DNA of 64,000 bases from an uncultured Gammaproteobacteria bacterium (GCA_964416445.1 CAYQEE010000003.1:65946-129945), one strand, 5' to 3'; shown: positions 39,165-48,838, numbered from the stretch's first letter. A program made the numbers and translations. The notes: generated by a model not told the origin, from the sequence alone.

Positions 39165-40265
39165 ATGGCTCAGAAAGTTATTCTTCACCTTAGATTTGAT
39201 TCATTTTTTACTACTATTGAACAGCAAGCAAATCCTTTGTTAAAAAATATGCCAGTCGGTATTACAAAATCGATAGGTTCAAACGAGTTAATTTCTGTGA
39301 ATAGTGAAGCAAGAAAGCTAGGAATTAATGAGCAATGTTCTGTTAGTGAAGCCCTCATTATTTGTCCAAACTTTATAGCAATTCCAGCAAATTTAAATAA
39401 ATATTTAACTATTTCTGAGAGAATTATTTCAATATGTGATGAACTAACTCATTTCGTTGAACTAGCATCGATAAATGAGATTTATATGGATATTTCTCAT
39501 ATGGTAAAAACCAATAATGATATGAAGATTATAAAAAAATGGAAAAAGAACCTTATTGATAAAATTGGAGATAGTGTTAATCTGAATATTGGTATTTCTT
39601 ATAATAAGCTATTAGCCAAAATAGCATCAGGTAGTATGAAAGAAAAAGGAACTAGTATTGGAGAAATAAATCACGTGAATATTTGGCAAATTTATCAACA
39701 AACTCCAGTAACCCAAATACCAAATTTAGATATACTTACTATTCAGAAACTACAAGATTTTAACATTAATACGCTCCTTGATCTCCGAGATATACCTTAT
39801 GAAAAGCTTATCAGTGAATTTGGTATTGTTGAAGGTACACATCTTAAGAATATAGGGCTTGGGATAGATTTTAGTCGGGTTATTCCTTATACGAAAGTTT
39901 TGCCAAAAACGTATGATTCAATATCATGGTTAATGTTTCCAAAGGAAGTTATTAAGGAATATCGAAGACTTGGAATTGAAATATTCCATATTGGTAAATA
40001 TGCAAGTAGAAAGTTATATTTTGATAAGACACGTAATATTTTTCAAAATTTTCGACGATTTGTAAATTTAGCCTCTCATGTTTATCACCTTAGTATTAAT
40101 AAATTCCAAAGTTTGCATATAAATGAAGGTAATAGAAACAAAAATTTACGAATACTTCACACTCTTAACCCAAAAAATAAAGATATATCAAGAATTTCTG
40201 ATAGATTAGCAGCACATCGTAAATTTAACCAGTTGACTCACATACAAATGAGACCTCATCAATAA
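39165..40265 (+). CDS. Y-family DNA polymerase homologue with degenerate active site (DinB/ImuB-like, probably catalytically inactive)
   Basis: KVILHLRFDSFFTTIEQQANPLLKNMPVGI aligns to DinB [28 protein letters not shown], but the first catalytic Asp is Arg. SINEIYMD replaces SLDEAYLD (Asp to Asn). The motif III NKLLAKIAS is conserved. Confidence 0.6.
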   Translation: MAQKVILHLRFDSFFTTIEQQANPLLKNMPVGITKSIGSNELISVNSEARKLGINEQCSVSEALIICPNFIAIPANLNKYLTISERIISICDELTHFVELASINEIYMDISHMVKTNNDMKIIKKWKKNLIDKIGDSVNLNIGISYNKLLAKIASGSMKEKGTSIGEINHVNIWQIYQQTPVTQIPNLDILTIQKLQDFNINTLLDLRDIPYEKLISEFGIVEGTHLKNIGLGIDFSRVIPYTKVLPKTYDSISWLMFPKEVIKEYRRLGIEIFHIGKYASRKLYFDKTRNIFQNFRRFVNLASHVYHLSINKFQSLHINEGNRNKNLRILHTLNPKNKDISRISDRLAAHRKFNQLTHIQMRPHQ

Positions 40266-41049
40266 CAGCGACTTTCTTATCTGGTGTTAATTGCAAACTA
40301 TTTAATAATGTATTATTTTCACAAATGTCTCTACATAAAACGGTTCCTTTTAAAAGCAGTTGCTGTTTTTGTTGAGAATCGAGACTTGTTAGCGTTGTTA
40401 TTGGATATAAATGATATTTTTCAACAAGCTCACGAAGGCTTTCCCCATCAGGATAACTCCATGTAATCATTTTCATTCCGACACATCCAGCATACGCCAT
40501 TGCATCAATGGTTGCTTTTGTGTTTGTAACAATCCAAACTTCTTTAAATCCATGACGATCTTTAACATCATCAAATCGAGCTTTTGTATACATAGGCACG
40601 TGGACATTTGTACGAAGGCCAACAATATTATGAAATTTTACTTCAATCATAATTTTATTTGGTAAGACTGTATTCTTTTCAGCGACAACATCAATTTCGT
40701 GAGTTATACAACTTCCTTGAATAGTTTGCCTTGTTTTTGTATAGAATCCTTCCCTACTAAGTATTTTTGCAACATAATCTTCAAAAGGATACCCTGTAGG
40801 GCCTAATTCCATAATTGCTTGTTTAAGGCTATATCGAGATTTTGTAAATGGTTGTGGAGATGTTTTTAAAAATTCAGTGATATGATGGTAAATTTCTAAA
40901 GATGGAATATTATCGTAAAGTTTTTCTTCAACATGTTTGATTACATATGTTTGGAGGTCTTTAGGTATTCGTGCTCTGTGAATTGATTGGATAACCTTTT
41001 CTTCTGAATATGGCTCCCTTTCTCCATCCGCTTTAAGAACATGAATCAT
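40225..41049 (-). CDS. ATP-cone domain protein fused to a PD-(D/E)xK (Mrr-like restriction-endonuclease fold) domain
   Basis: The N-terminal VLKADGEREPYSEEKVIQSIHRA is ATP-cone-like. The C-terminal GFYTK...ITHEIDVVAE...IMIEVKF is PD-(D/E)xK-like. The 3' end overlaps the polymerase-like gene by 41 nt (convergent). Confidence 0.5.
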   Translation of the reverse strand: MIHVLKADGEREPYSEEKVIQSIHRARIPKDLQTYVIKHVEEKLYDNIPSLEIYHHITEFLKTSPQPFTKSRYSLKQAIMELGPTGYPFEDYVAKILSREGFYTKTRQTIQGSCITHEIDVVAEKNTVLPNKIMIEVKFHNIVGLRTNVHVPMYTKARFDDVKDRHGFKEVWIVTNTKATIDAMAYAGCVGMKMITWSYPDGESLRELVEKYHLYPITTLTSLDSQQKQQLLLKGTVLCRDICENNTLLNSLQLTPDKKVAVIDEVSFVCESTG

Positions 41050-41087
41050 TGTTTTATAGTAATATGCACTTCAGGTATTTTCAAGTC

Positions 41088-44000
41088 TTATTTAGACAAT
41101 ATAAGTTTGCGAAAGAATTGTACATTTTTCTCAAGTGCATTATCCCTCATTTTTGTCAAAACATGATCATCATTTGGATAAATTTGTAAGCTTGCATTTT
41201 TATTCAGACTTAGCAAATCATCATAAAGTTCAATTGACCATTCGTAAGGAATTACATTGTCACTGGTTCCATGCATAATTTCAATAGGAGTCGTAATATC
41301 ATCGAGATAAAATAACGGAGAGACACTTTGCCAAATAAGTGGATTACTGTTCAGTGGTCCAATTGTATTATATGCTTTCTGATAAGGAATTTTAGAATTT
41401 GAATAGATATATTTAAACTCTTGATATGCCCGATAGGGATCAATAACTGGTGACCAAACTGCTGCTCCCCTAATTTTAGTCGAAAAATCAGGGTTTTGAT
41501 TATTTACTTCAAGAGATGTCAAAGTTACAGCTCCTCCTATTGAGTGGCCCCATAAAAAAATATTTTGTTGATCTGCTTGTTGAATGCTAGAAACTGAGGA
41601 TAGCAAATTAAGAATATCAATAGGATACGATAAGAGAAAAGAGATATTTTTATCAAATTCAGATTTTCCATTTCCACGGTAATCAGGCTTAATAACAAGG
41701 AAGCCGTGAGTTGCGAAATAATCACTTATATATTGGTATGATGTTTCTGTGTTGTATTGTTTAGGAACTATATATCCATGATTCACAATTACTACAGGAA
41801 ATCCAGCTTTAGGAACTGAAGTTGTCGGAACATTCATTAAGGCAAAAAGGGTTAGACCGTCGGATGGATAGGAAATAACATAACTAGTAAAGTTCTTCCT
41901 GTCTGCAACTTTTTGTATTATTTGTACTTTTCCCCCAACATAATCTCGTTCTTGAAGTGTTGGAATTGAAACTGGAAACAGTTTAACTTTATCTGTATTT
42001 GGTTCTGTTTTTAAATAAAGACTCCGTTTCTCAAAAACAATAAAGTCGCCTGTCTTAAAGATTTCAAGATATTTCTTGTCACGTTTCATATTATTTGCCA
42101 TATCAATTTGTGCTTGGAGCGATGGTGCAGCAAATTTATCATTAAGAAGAAATAACACAAGATCTGCTTGATCAATTCCAACAGGTATAGTAAAAATTTT
42201 TTGTCGGTGAGATAAATGAGAACCAAGATTATTTGTTGCTGCAATACTATAATTTTGAGGAATTCCTTTCAAAAAATTATCGATAATAGAACGATAGACA
42301 AGTGGTTTATCAAACATATCTAAATTAGGAAATCGCTCTCCTGGTAACGATCCCCATAAATATGCTGATATTCCTGTAGCTATAAGTAGATAACAAAAGA
42401 CAATAGCGTAGGGTATTTTAGGGAATATATGGTGAAATCGTTTTACCGCGTATATAGCACTAAGGAAAAGAAATGGTGTTATGATTGCAGTATATTGGTA
42501 ATAAATTTGATGGAAGGCGGGATTATTGCTTAAAAGGTTTATAGTTAAATCGGGTAAAGTAAAAATGAGAAGTAATGGTGCTAAAATGGGTAGAAGGCCA
42601 AAAGGAACAAGTAGCTCTTTAATATATTCAAGCCGATCTGGTGCAAAGGCAATCGCTAACGTTCTTTGAGGAGATAAGATAATTCCTTTAATAATACTAC
42701 TTGGTGTAGTTCCAAAATCAGAATAATATTGAAGAGCAAAATGTCCACCCCCATGTGCTGAAGGTATAGCATAAAAAAAGATAAATACAAATAATATTAA
42801 AGATAGAATAAAAGTTACTCCACCGAGTATCCTCTGTTTTTTTAGACTTTTATCATTTGTTTTTGGAAAATACATCATGTAAATACCGAATAATGCTGTA
42901 ACTACCCATACTTGTTCTTTTGTTATTGCTGCTAAGAAGAGAAAAAGCATGCTCAAATAAAAAGATCGTTTTTGCAAATAATAAAATGCTGCAATGAAAA
43001 AAGTTGTTGCAAGAGTGACCGCATGGAAATCATAAAGATTTGCATCCTGAATACTCGGGTTAATAAGATACATAAATGCTATAAGAAGCGCAAATGTTTT
43101 ACTTTTGAGAATATCTTTTGAGATTAGAAAAAGATAATATGCCCCTAACCCGATAATAAAAGTTTGGATAAAGAGTAAGGTACGTGGATCTTGCCATATA
43201 AGATAAAATGGTGCTAGGAGAATTAAAATAAAATCAGCATGAAAAGATAAACGAGAAATGATATTTGTACCGTCTGGATTTGTTAATTGAAAAATGTGTC
43301 CATGTATTGTATTCCATACTGTTTGGTCCATGTTTCCTAGATCAAATCTGCCGGTATAAAAATTGATATATCGATAAAAACTTGCAGTACTAAAATAGAT
43401 TATATAAATTACTATGACAAAATAAAGAATTGTCTGTTGCCAATGTGTTTTGACCCAATGCTCTACTTTCCATAGTAAATTATCTTGAGTTTTTATCCAT
43501 AAAAACGCAATTAAAAGAAATAACAATTCCGAAACGATAAAAATTACTCTTGCATATATTGCTGCAAATCCTGCTGATGATAATCCAATAAAAGGTGTTA
43601 ATCCAGCAGTAATGACTCCTTCTCGAATGCCTAATCCCATGGGAGTAATAATGGAAATATATCCAATCAAAAAAGAAAACGTGAAGATTCCAATAAAAGT
43701 TGATAAATTAGCTGGGTTCAAAAAGAATAGTGAATGTATACTAAAATACGTTCCCAAGCCAAAAAACAGCGAAAATGCAAATGTAAAGCATAATAAATAT
43801 AAATTTTCTAATATCGGAAACGAAGGTAAAAAATGCTTTAAGAACATTGGTATAATTTTATGCTTTAACAAAAACTGTGGAAACAAAAATAGGACAAGAA
43901 AAAAAACAATAACGATTGGTAGCATAAATTCTCCGATTTGTGAATATAAATTAGTAATAATTAATTTATGAAAAATGAATGGAAATGCTAACAATGAGAC

Positions 44001-44408
44001 AAACATGCTCCCTATTACCAAATATTCGCCTTCCAAAATGAGACTGTGAATTATAATGCTCTTTTTTATGTTTCTTTGTGAAAACGCTCGAGTTCTTCCT
44101 AAAAATGACCAAATGTTACCAGGTATATATCGTTTTATTTCAGAGATGCTCCATAAGAAGCTTGTTTCCTTAAAAGGAAGTGAGTAACCATTAAATTTTA
44201 ATAATAATTGCCAGAATAAACAGCGAAGAAAATAATAGATAAAAAAACAAATTATACTAAGGAAAAGTATGAAAAAATTTATTTTAGTAAAATTGGTAAT
44301 TAAGTGAGATATATTAGGAGTAATTATTCTTCCAATAAAAAAAAGTGCTAAGAGAGAAAGAGGCCAACCGAGAACAAATTTCAATACTGAAAATAATGTT
44401 TTGTTCAT
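41088..44408 (-). CDS. Three-module membrane protein: UPF0104/LPG-synthase-TM-like flippase domain + DUF2079-like membrane domain + C-terminal S9/alpha-beta hydrolase
   Basis: ITPMGLGIREGV (UPF0104-like). FDLGNMDQTVWNTIHG (DUF2079-like, tentative). C-terminal WGHSIGGAVTL (GxSxG nucleophile elbow) with downstream Asp/His candidates. About 20 TM helices. Confidence 0.45.
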   Translation of the reverse strand: MNKTLFSVLKFVLGWPLSLLALFFIGRIITPNISHLITNFTKINFFILFLSIICFFIYYFLRCLFWQLLLKFNGYSLPFKETSFLWSISEIKRYIPGNIWSFLGRTRAFSQRNIKKSIIIHSLILEGEYLVIGSMFVSLLAFPFIFHKLIITNLYSQIGEFMLPIVIVFFLVLFLFPQFLLKHKIIPMFLKHFLPSFPILENLYLLCFTFAFSLFFGLGTYFSIHSLFFLNPANLSTFIGIFTFSFLIGYISIITPMGLGIREGVITAGLTPFIGLSSAGFAAIYARVIFIVSELLFLLIAFLWIKTQDNLLWKVEHWVKTHWQQTILYFVIVIYIIYFSTASFYRYINFYTGRFDLGNMDQTVWNTIHGHIFQLTNPDGTNIISRLSFHADFILILLAPFYLIWQDPRTLLFIQTFIIGLGAYYLFLISKDILKSKTFALLIAFMYLINPSIQDANLYDFHAVTLATTFFIAAFYYLQKRSFYLSMLFLFLAAITKEQVWVVTALFGIYMMYFPKTNDKSLKKQRILGGVTFILSLILFVFIFFYAIPSAHGGGHFALQYYSDFGTTPSSIIKGIILSPQRTLAIAFAPDRLEYIKELLVPFGLLPILAPLLLIFTLPDLTINLLSNNPAFHQIYYQYTAIITPFLFLSAIYAVKRFHHIFPKIPYAIVFCYLLIATGISAYLWGSLPGERFPNLDMFDKPLVYRSIIDNFLKGIPQNYSIAATNNLGSHLSHRQKIFTIPVGIDQADLVLFLLNDKFAAPSLQAQIDMANNMKRDKKYLEIFKTGDFIVFEKRSLYLKTEPNTDKVKLFPVSIPTLQERDYVGGKVQIIQKVADRKNFTSYVISYPSDGLTLFALMNVPTTSVPKAGFPVVIVNHGYIVPKQYNTETSYQYISDYFATHGFLVIKPDYRGNGKSEFDKNISFLLSYPIDILNLLSSVSSIQQADQQNIFLWGHSIGGAVTLTSLEVNNQNPDFSTKIRGAAVWSPVIDPYRAYQEFKYIYSNSKIPYQKAYNTIGPLNSNPLIWQSVSPLFYLDDITTPIEIMHGTSDNVIPYEWSIELYDDLLSLNKNASLQIYPNDDHVLTKMRDNALEKNVQFFRKLILSK

Positions 44409-44410
44409 TG

Positions 44411-45106
44411 CTAATGCGTAGCGCTTGATGAAGCGCTCGAAGTTGGTGTAAAGGTTGGAGTTGGTTGATTAGGTCCATTATAAATAAAATGGCGAGTTAT
44501 AGTCTTTGTATCATTTGAAACGAGACTTTTTACTTGAAGAGTAAAAGTATTACTTCCTGATGGAAGATTATATAAACAGACACTATTATTAGAATAATCT
44601 GATAAAGGACTCCCATTTATTGAGTACGCCCAGATTACAGAACAATAATTTCCAGCGTTGTAATTTATCACAGTACAAACTGGATTATTTGTAACAGTCT
44701 GTCCTTCTGAAGGATATCCAATATCAATTTGACCGATTCCGGGTGTGCATTGATTTGTAGTTGGTTCAGGTGTATTGGTAATAAGTATAGTCGTAACTTG
44801 TGGAGAGCTTGTACTTTGGATATGTGAGGAACTTATTGTCGGAGTTGGTGAGGAACGTGAAACAGGGATAGTAGGAGTAGGTGTAGTCGTTGCTTTAGAA
44901 TTCTTTGTTAACAGACTTCCAAGATTTAATATAAGAACAGTCACCAAAACTGGAATAGTAAGTACCGCCGCAATAAAGTCGAAATGTGCTTTTTTTTCTG
45001 GTAATCGTTTTATTATTTCTTTCGTTTTTCCAATCCTTATTTTAGATAAATGTGATTTATCAATTGGAGTATTATCTTTTGGTTGTTCCGTTGTCTCTTT
45101 GTCCAT
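44411..45106 (-). CDS. Membrane-anchored protein with Thr/Pro-rich stalk and Cys-containing ectodomain (hypothetical)
   Basis: A cytoplasmic Lys-rich N-terminus, one TM, a TTPTPTIP linker and a C-terminal domain with 4 Cys. Its stop is 3 nt before the start of the 1106-aa gene (likely co-transcribed). Confidence 0.35.
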   Translation of the reverse strand: MDKETTEQPKDNTPIDKSHLSKIRIGKTKEIIKRLPEKKAHFDFIAAVLTIPVLVTVLILNLGSLLTKNSKATTTPTPTIPVSRSSPTPTISSSHIQSTSSPQVTTILITNTPEPTTNQCTPGIGQIDIGYPSEGQTVTNNPVCTVINYNAGNYCSVIWAYSINGSPLSDYSNNSVCLYNLPSGSNTFTLQVKSLVSNDTKTITRHFIYNGPNQPTPTFTPTSSASSSATH

Positions 45107-45214
45107 AATATCACCTCTTCATTGGGAGAATACTATTGTATCAAAAAACTGACTACAGTGAAAATTGTCCTTTTTGTTGGATTTCAGTACGAATGTTTGA
45201 TAGAATCTACCTAT

Positions 45215-45288
45215 GCACTTGTAGCTCAGTGGATTAGAGCATTTCGCTTCGGACGAAAGGGTCGGGGGTTCGAGTCCCTCCAAGTGCG
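45215..45288 (+). tRNA. tRNA-Arg (anticodon TCG)
   Basis: Acceptor gcacttg/caagtgc and a D-arm tagctcagtggattagagc. The anticodon stem tttcg/cgaaa has loop ctTCGga. TPsiC is gggttcgagtccc. Discriminator G. CCA is not encoded. Confidence 0.85.
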
Positions 45289-45385
45289 CATCAAGTTTTT
45301 TCGTCTTTTTATAGCTCGAAAACACATTCTAATTGAACGGTTTGAAATTTTAAATCGTCATAGGTCGGAATTGAGGTAAGATCAG

Positions 45386-45565
45386 ATGAAGGAAATTCAC
45401 ACCATATATAGTTTTATTCATGGCAACAAAATTCCTGTACTTAGGAATGCGAGGGAACAAATTGATCTTGTAGCAGAGGTGTTGTCTACAGTATCTGTTA
45501 AAAATCAGTTACCTCACGAAACATTGTTGAATAAGGACATTGGTCTGACATTCACAAAACCATAG
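45386..45565 (+). CDS. Candidate small ORF (59 aa) downstream of tRNA-Arg
   Basis: GAGGTAAG SD-like sequence 6 nt before ATG 45386. Encodes MKEIHTIYSFIHGNKIPVLRNAREQIDLVAEVLSTVSVKNQLPHETLLNKDIGLTFTKP. Confidence 0.2.
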   Translation: MKEIHTIYSFIHGNKIPVLRNAREQIDLVAEVLSTVSVKNQLPHETLLNKDIGLTFTKP

Positions 45566-45628
45566 AATCTTTAGTGAAAAATATAGCGAGTGTGATATGT
45601 GGTAAAAAAACTGTGATATAATTCCAGT

Positions 45629-46057
45629 GTGAATATTCAACCAACTACCCATAGATTTGTAGCTATTCTTAATAAGAAGATTGAAACAGGAAGGTTAATG
45701 AACGCACTTGGACACATGGCAGCAGGTTTTACCGCTTTATTTCCAGATAAAGAACAACTAAGATTTGACACTTATTTTGATAAAGATAAAGGAGAGCATA
45801 AAAGCATTTCCGATAATCCTTTTATTGTCCTCTCAGCAGATAACTCTAATCAAATACGCACACTTCGTAATACTTTAAAAGAAGCAAGTATTCCCTTTAA
45901 TGATTTTACAAATACGATGACAGTTGGAACATTTGCAGAACAAAAACAAAGAACAAGTGAAACACCAGAGGCAGAATTAGAGTATTATGGTATCTGTTTT
46001 TTTGGAGAAAATAATCAACTACGAGAACTGACAAAGAAATTTTCTTTATGGAGATAG
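45629..46057 (+). CDS. Hypothetical soluble protein (142 aa; possibly DUF2000-like)
   Basis: The family assignment is tentative and based only on size and the FVAILNKKIETGRLMNALGHMAAGF pattern. Confidence 0.3.
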   Translation: MNIQPTTHRFVAILNKKIETGRLMNALGHMAAGFTALFPDKEQLRFDTYFDKDKGEHKSISDNPFIVLSADNSNQIRTLRNTLKEASIPFNDFTNTMTVGTFAEQKQRTSETPEAELEYYGICFFGENNQLRELTKKFSLWR

Positions 46058-46119
46058 TAATTATGGGTATAAAGATAGCGACTACAATAACCAGAGTTAT
46101 TGAGAATAGATGAAAACTC

Positions 46120-46599
46120 TTACTTAAATTTATTTGGTAAATATCTTGGTACTGTTTTCATATATGTGATGTAGTCATTCCCAAAACGTTTTTTAAGCTC
46201 TTTTTCCTCATACAACGTATAAAAATGAGCCCATAATGCAAAAAGCAAACAATAGATTATAAGGAGAGAATCTCCGAAAAAAAGAAATATCCCTACAGTA
46301 AACAAAAAATGACTGATATAAATAGGATTTCTCGTATATTTATAAAATCCATCAGTTATTAACTTCCTTGTTGGCTGAATAGGGACAGGTGTGCCTTTTC
46401 CTTTTATAAAGAAGAACCTATAAGAATAGAATGAATTACATATCCCTATGATAATTAAAAATAATCCGGAGATTTGAAGAATGATGTTATGGAAAACAGG
46501 AAGATAAAAAAAATTAGTAAGAGTGATAAAAATAAAGGGTGTAACTATAAAGGTAACGAAATAATAACTCAATGCATATAATATTGTTGGTAATCTCAT
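46120..46599 (-). CDS. Isoprenylcysteine carboxyl methyltransferase (ICMT)/phospholipid methyltransferase-family membrane protein
   Basis: RNPIYISHFLFTVGI and EEKELKKRFGNDYITYMKTVPRYLP match the ICMT C-terminal signature (RHPxY...EE..L...FG..Y..Y...VPR.IP). Confidence 0.7.
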   Translation of the reverse strand: MRLPTILYALSYYFVTFIVTPFIFITLTNFFYLPVFHNIILQISGLFLIIIGICNSFYSYRFFFIKGKGTPVPIQPTRKLITDGFYKYTRNPIYISHFLFTVGIFLFFGDSLLIIYCLLFALWAHFYTLYEEKELKKRFGNDYITYMKTVPRYLPNKFK

Positions 46600-46853
46600 A
46601 ATTTCTTCTGTAGAGATTTAATTTTTCTAAACCGTATAGTGTTTCCTATACCCATAAATAGCGTATATCCTACAGCGACGACCAAATCTAACATGTTAAT
46701 CACGTTTTTAAATGTTCCGCTAAGGTATTGGTTAGAAAAGAAGAGTATCAGTATACAAATTAAATTCAAGGTACATGCCTCTACCGCATAAATGATTTTA
46801 TCTAGTCGTAGTTGGGAAATAGTAAACTCTAATTCTTTGCGTTTTTCTGTCAT
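46596..46853 (-). CDS. Small two-TM membrane protein, translationally coupled to the ICMT-like gene
   Basis: 85 aa with a 4-nt ATGA-type overlap with the downstream gene. Confidence 0.35.
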   Translation of the reverse strand: MTEKRKELEFTISQLRLDKIIYAVEACTLNLICILILFFSNQYLSGTFKNVINMLDLVVAVGYTLFMGIGNTIRFRKIKSLQKKL

Positions 46854-46889
46854 TTTTTATTGATGAATATATTGTACAACCCCTTTTTG

Positions 46890-47672
46890 CTAATTTGCAA
46901 CGTTAAAATACTCGTAAACAAATAGGGAATATACAAAGAAAGGAGGGATTTTGTAAGGGATAGCTTTTTTAAATGACTGAATTTGACTTTTATAAGTATA
47001 GAGAGCTTTTATTTTTTGAATAACGTTAAAACTGATAAATATTTTGAACGTAGCTGGCGTTCGTCTTTTCATAAAATTTGGGTCTTTTGCCATTTGTGCG
47101 GGAAACGTTGCCATGTTATAGATGAGTTTTGGATATGTTGCGTACCAAAGGTGAATATTTTTGTATTTATTTTTTACTAAATCGGTGATAATTTCCGATA
47201 CAATAATGTGGTCTGGGTGTCCGTATTCTCCCGCTAAGTCATAGGTAATGATAAGGTCTGGATTTTCATTTTGTATAGCTTTATCAATATATGTAGTTAA
47301 TTCTTTTCTTTTACCTTTCAAATTATCGTCTCCAAAGTCTTCTTGAATAAGTTTTGTGACACCATAAATTTTTGCAACCTCACTTGCCTCTTTTGTTCTA
47401 ATTTCCTTCAAACTATTATCAAGGTGAGCATCCGGTGTCCCTCTTTCCCCTTTTGTCAGAATAATCCATGTTGTTTTATTATTATATTGTGATGCTATAC
47501 GCATTAACCCGGCAGTATGAGTAACTTCGTCATCTGCATGAGGAAAAATAACAAGAATTGGTTTAAACTCTCGAATGTTCTTTGTTGGAAGAAAAAAATC
47601 ATTAACAACAAAAACACATATTAACCAAATGGCAATAATGAGTAAAAGAATAATCAGCAATATAATTTCCAT
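46890..47672 (-). CDS. PIG-L/LmbE-family N-acetylglucosaminyl deacetylase
   Basis: ILVIFPHADDEVTH (the AHPDDE motif), with downstream HPDH (GHPDHIIV). N-terminal TM. Confidence 0.7.
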   Translation of the reverse strand: MEIILLIILLLIIAIWLICVFVVNDFFLPTKNIREFKPILVIFPHADDEVTHTAGLMRIASQYNNKTTWIILTKGERGTPDAHLDNSLKEIRTKEASEVAKIYGVTKLIQEDFGDDNLKGKRKELTTYIDKAIQNENPDLIITYDLAGEYGHPDHIIVSEIITDLVKNKYKNIHLWYATYPKLIYNMATFPAQMAKDPNFMKRRTPATFKIFISFNVIQKIKALYTYKSQIQSFKKAIPYKIPPFFVYSLFVYEYFNVAN

Positions 47673-47745
47673 CGTTTTCCTAGTTTCGTTAAGTATACCA
47701 CTAATAAAGGAATTTACTCAGGAATTTGTTAAAATAAGAATTGAT

Positions 47746-48405
47746 ATGAAAACACTTCTTGTGTTACCCTCTTGGGGTCGTGATGCATATTGTTATAAAA
47801 AACTTATAGAAACAGCCCCGAAAGATTACAAAGTCTACGTTTTACCATACGAGGTTTTATGTCTCGACCGAAAAATAAAAAATATTGATAAAAATCTTGT
47901 TACATTTATTAAATCGAAAAACCTGAGATCAGTTGAGTTACTTGGACATTCGCTTGGGGGAACCATAGGATTGGTATTTGCTGCAAATCACCCAGAATAT
48001 GTATCAAAACTAATTCTTGTTGACGCAAAAGCGTTTAGAACACATTCTCATTTATTTACTATTTTTCCTACTCAAAGAGAAAATCTTCGAGCAGCAGAAA
48101 GCTTCAGCTTTACATATCACCTAGTATTCAAAACTGCATTTAGGATATTGTTTAATCCGGGACTTCATGGAAAGTTAGGCTTATGGGCAATAAAGTTTGA
48201 CGTAAATACAATCTCACATAAAATTACCGTGCCAACTATGATTCTATGGGGTGAAAAAGATAAATCAATTCCTCTGGAAATAGGAAAACGATTACATAAT
48301 CTTATATCTCATTCTACATTTACAATAATTCCAGCTGGTAGTCATGAATGGATTCTCCACGATCCAAAATACCTATGGCTAGCATTATCAGATAAGTTCT
48401 TGTAG
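47746..48405 (+). CDS. Alpha/beta hydrolase
   Basis: MKTLLVLPSWGRD start and LLGHSLGGTIGLVFA (GxSxG). The ORF is open from 47575, which would overlap the 5' end of the divergent deacetylase gene, so the later start is preferred. Confidence 0.55.
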   Translation: MKTLLVLPSWGRDAYCYKKLIETAPKDYKVYVLPYEVLCLDRKIKNIDKNLVTFIKSKNLRSVELLGHSLGGTIGLVFAANHPEYVSKLILVDAKAFRTHSHLFTIFPTQRENLRAAESFSFTYHLVFKTAFRILFNPGLHGKLGLWAIKFDVNTISHKITVPTMILWGEKDKSIPLEIGKRLHNLISHSTFTIIPAGSHEWILHDPKYLWLALSDKFL

Positions 48406-48838
48406 GTTTTGAAATTTGATATGCAAAATTGTTGGAATGCATAGACTTGTAGATCAAAAAATTCTAAAATGAGATACATATTCCATTCTAAATCATATAT
48501 TATTATGAATAAGTGGGAACAGGTAATTGCAGATACTGAAAAGTTTCGTAGACTCTGGTAAAATAGTCGTAATACTGGTTCAAGAATTTATCAATCAAGT
48601 GCGCACCTAGAAAAAGTTATTAGATTGGGATGCACTTTAGTTACCGCTTAATTTAAGTTTACCTCTAGCTTGATTCAAATTTTTAATAAGAATAGATAAA
48701 TTTATGGAAGAATGCTTTCTCTCAGTAAATTTTTCTTCTAGTTGTAAGTACAAATAAATCCGTGATTCTCTCTTGATTTTTCTATAGCCTTGTTATATTC
48801 TTATTTAACTTAATTAAGTTTATTATCTATTAACCTAA

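Noticed and set aside
45083-45379. ORFs 45083..45379(+) and 45119..45325(-)
   Set aside because: Both span the tRNA-Arg gene, so they are artefacts of the stop-free tRNA region.
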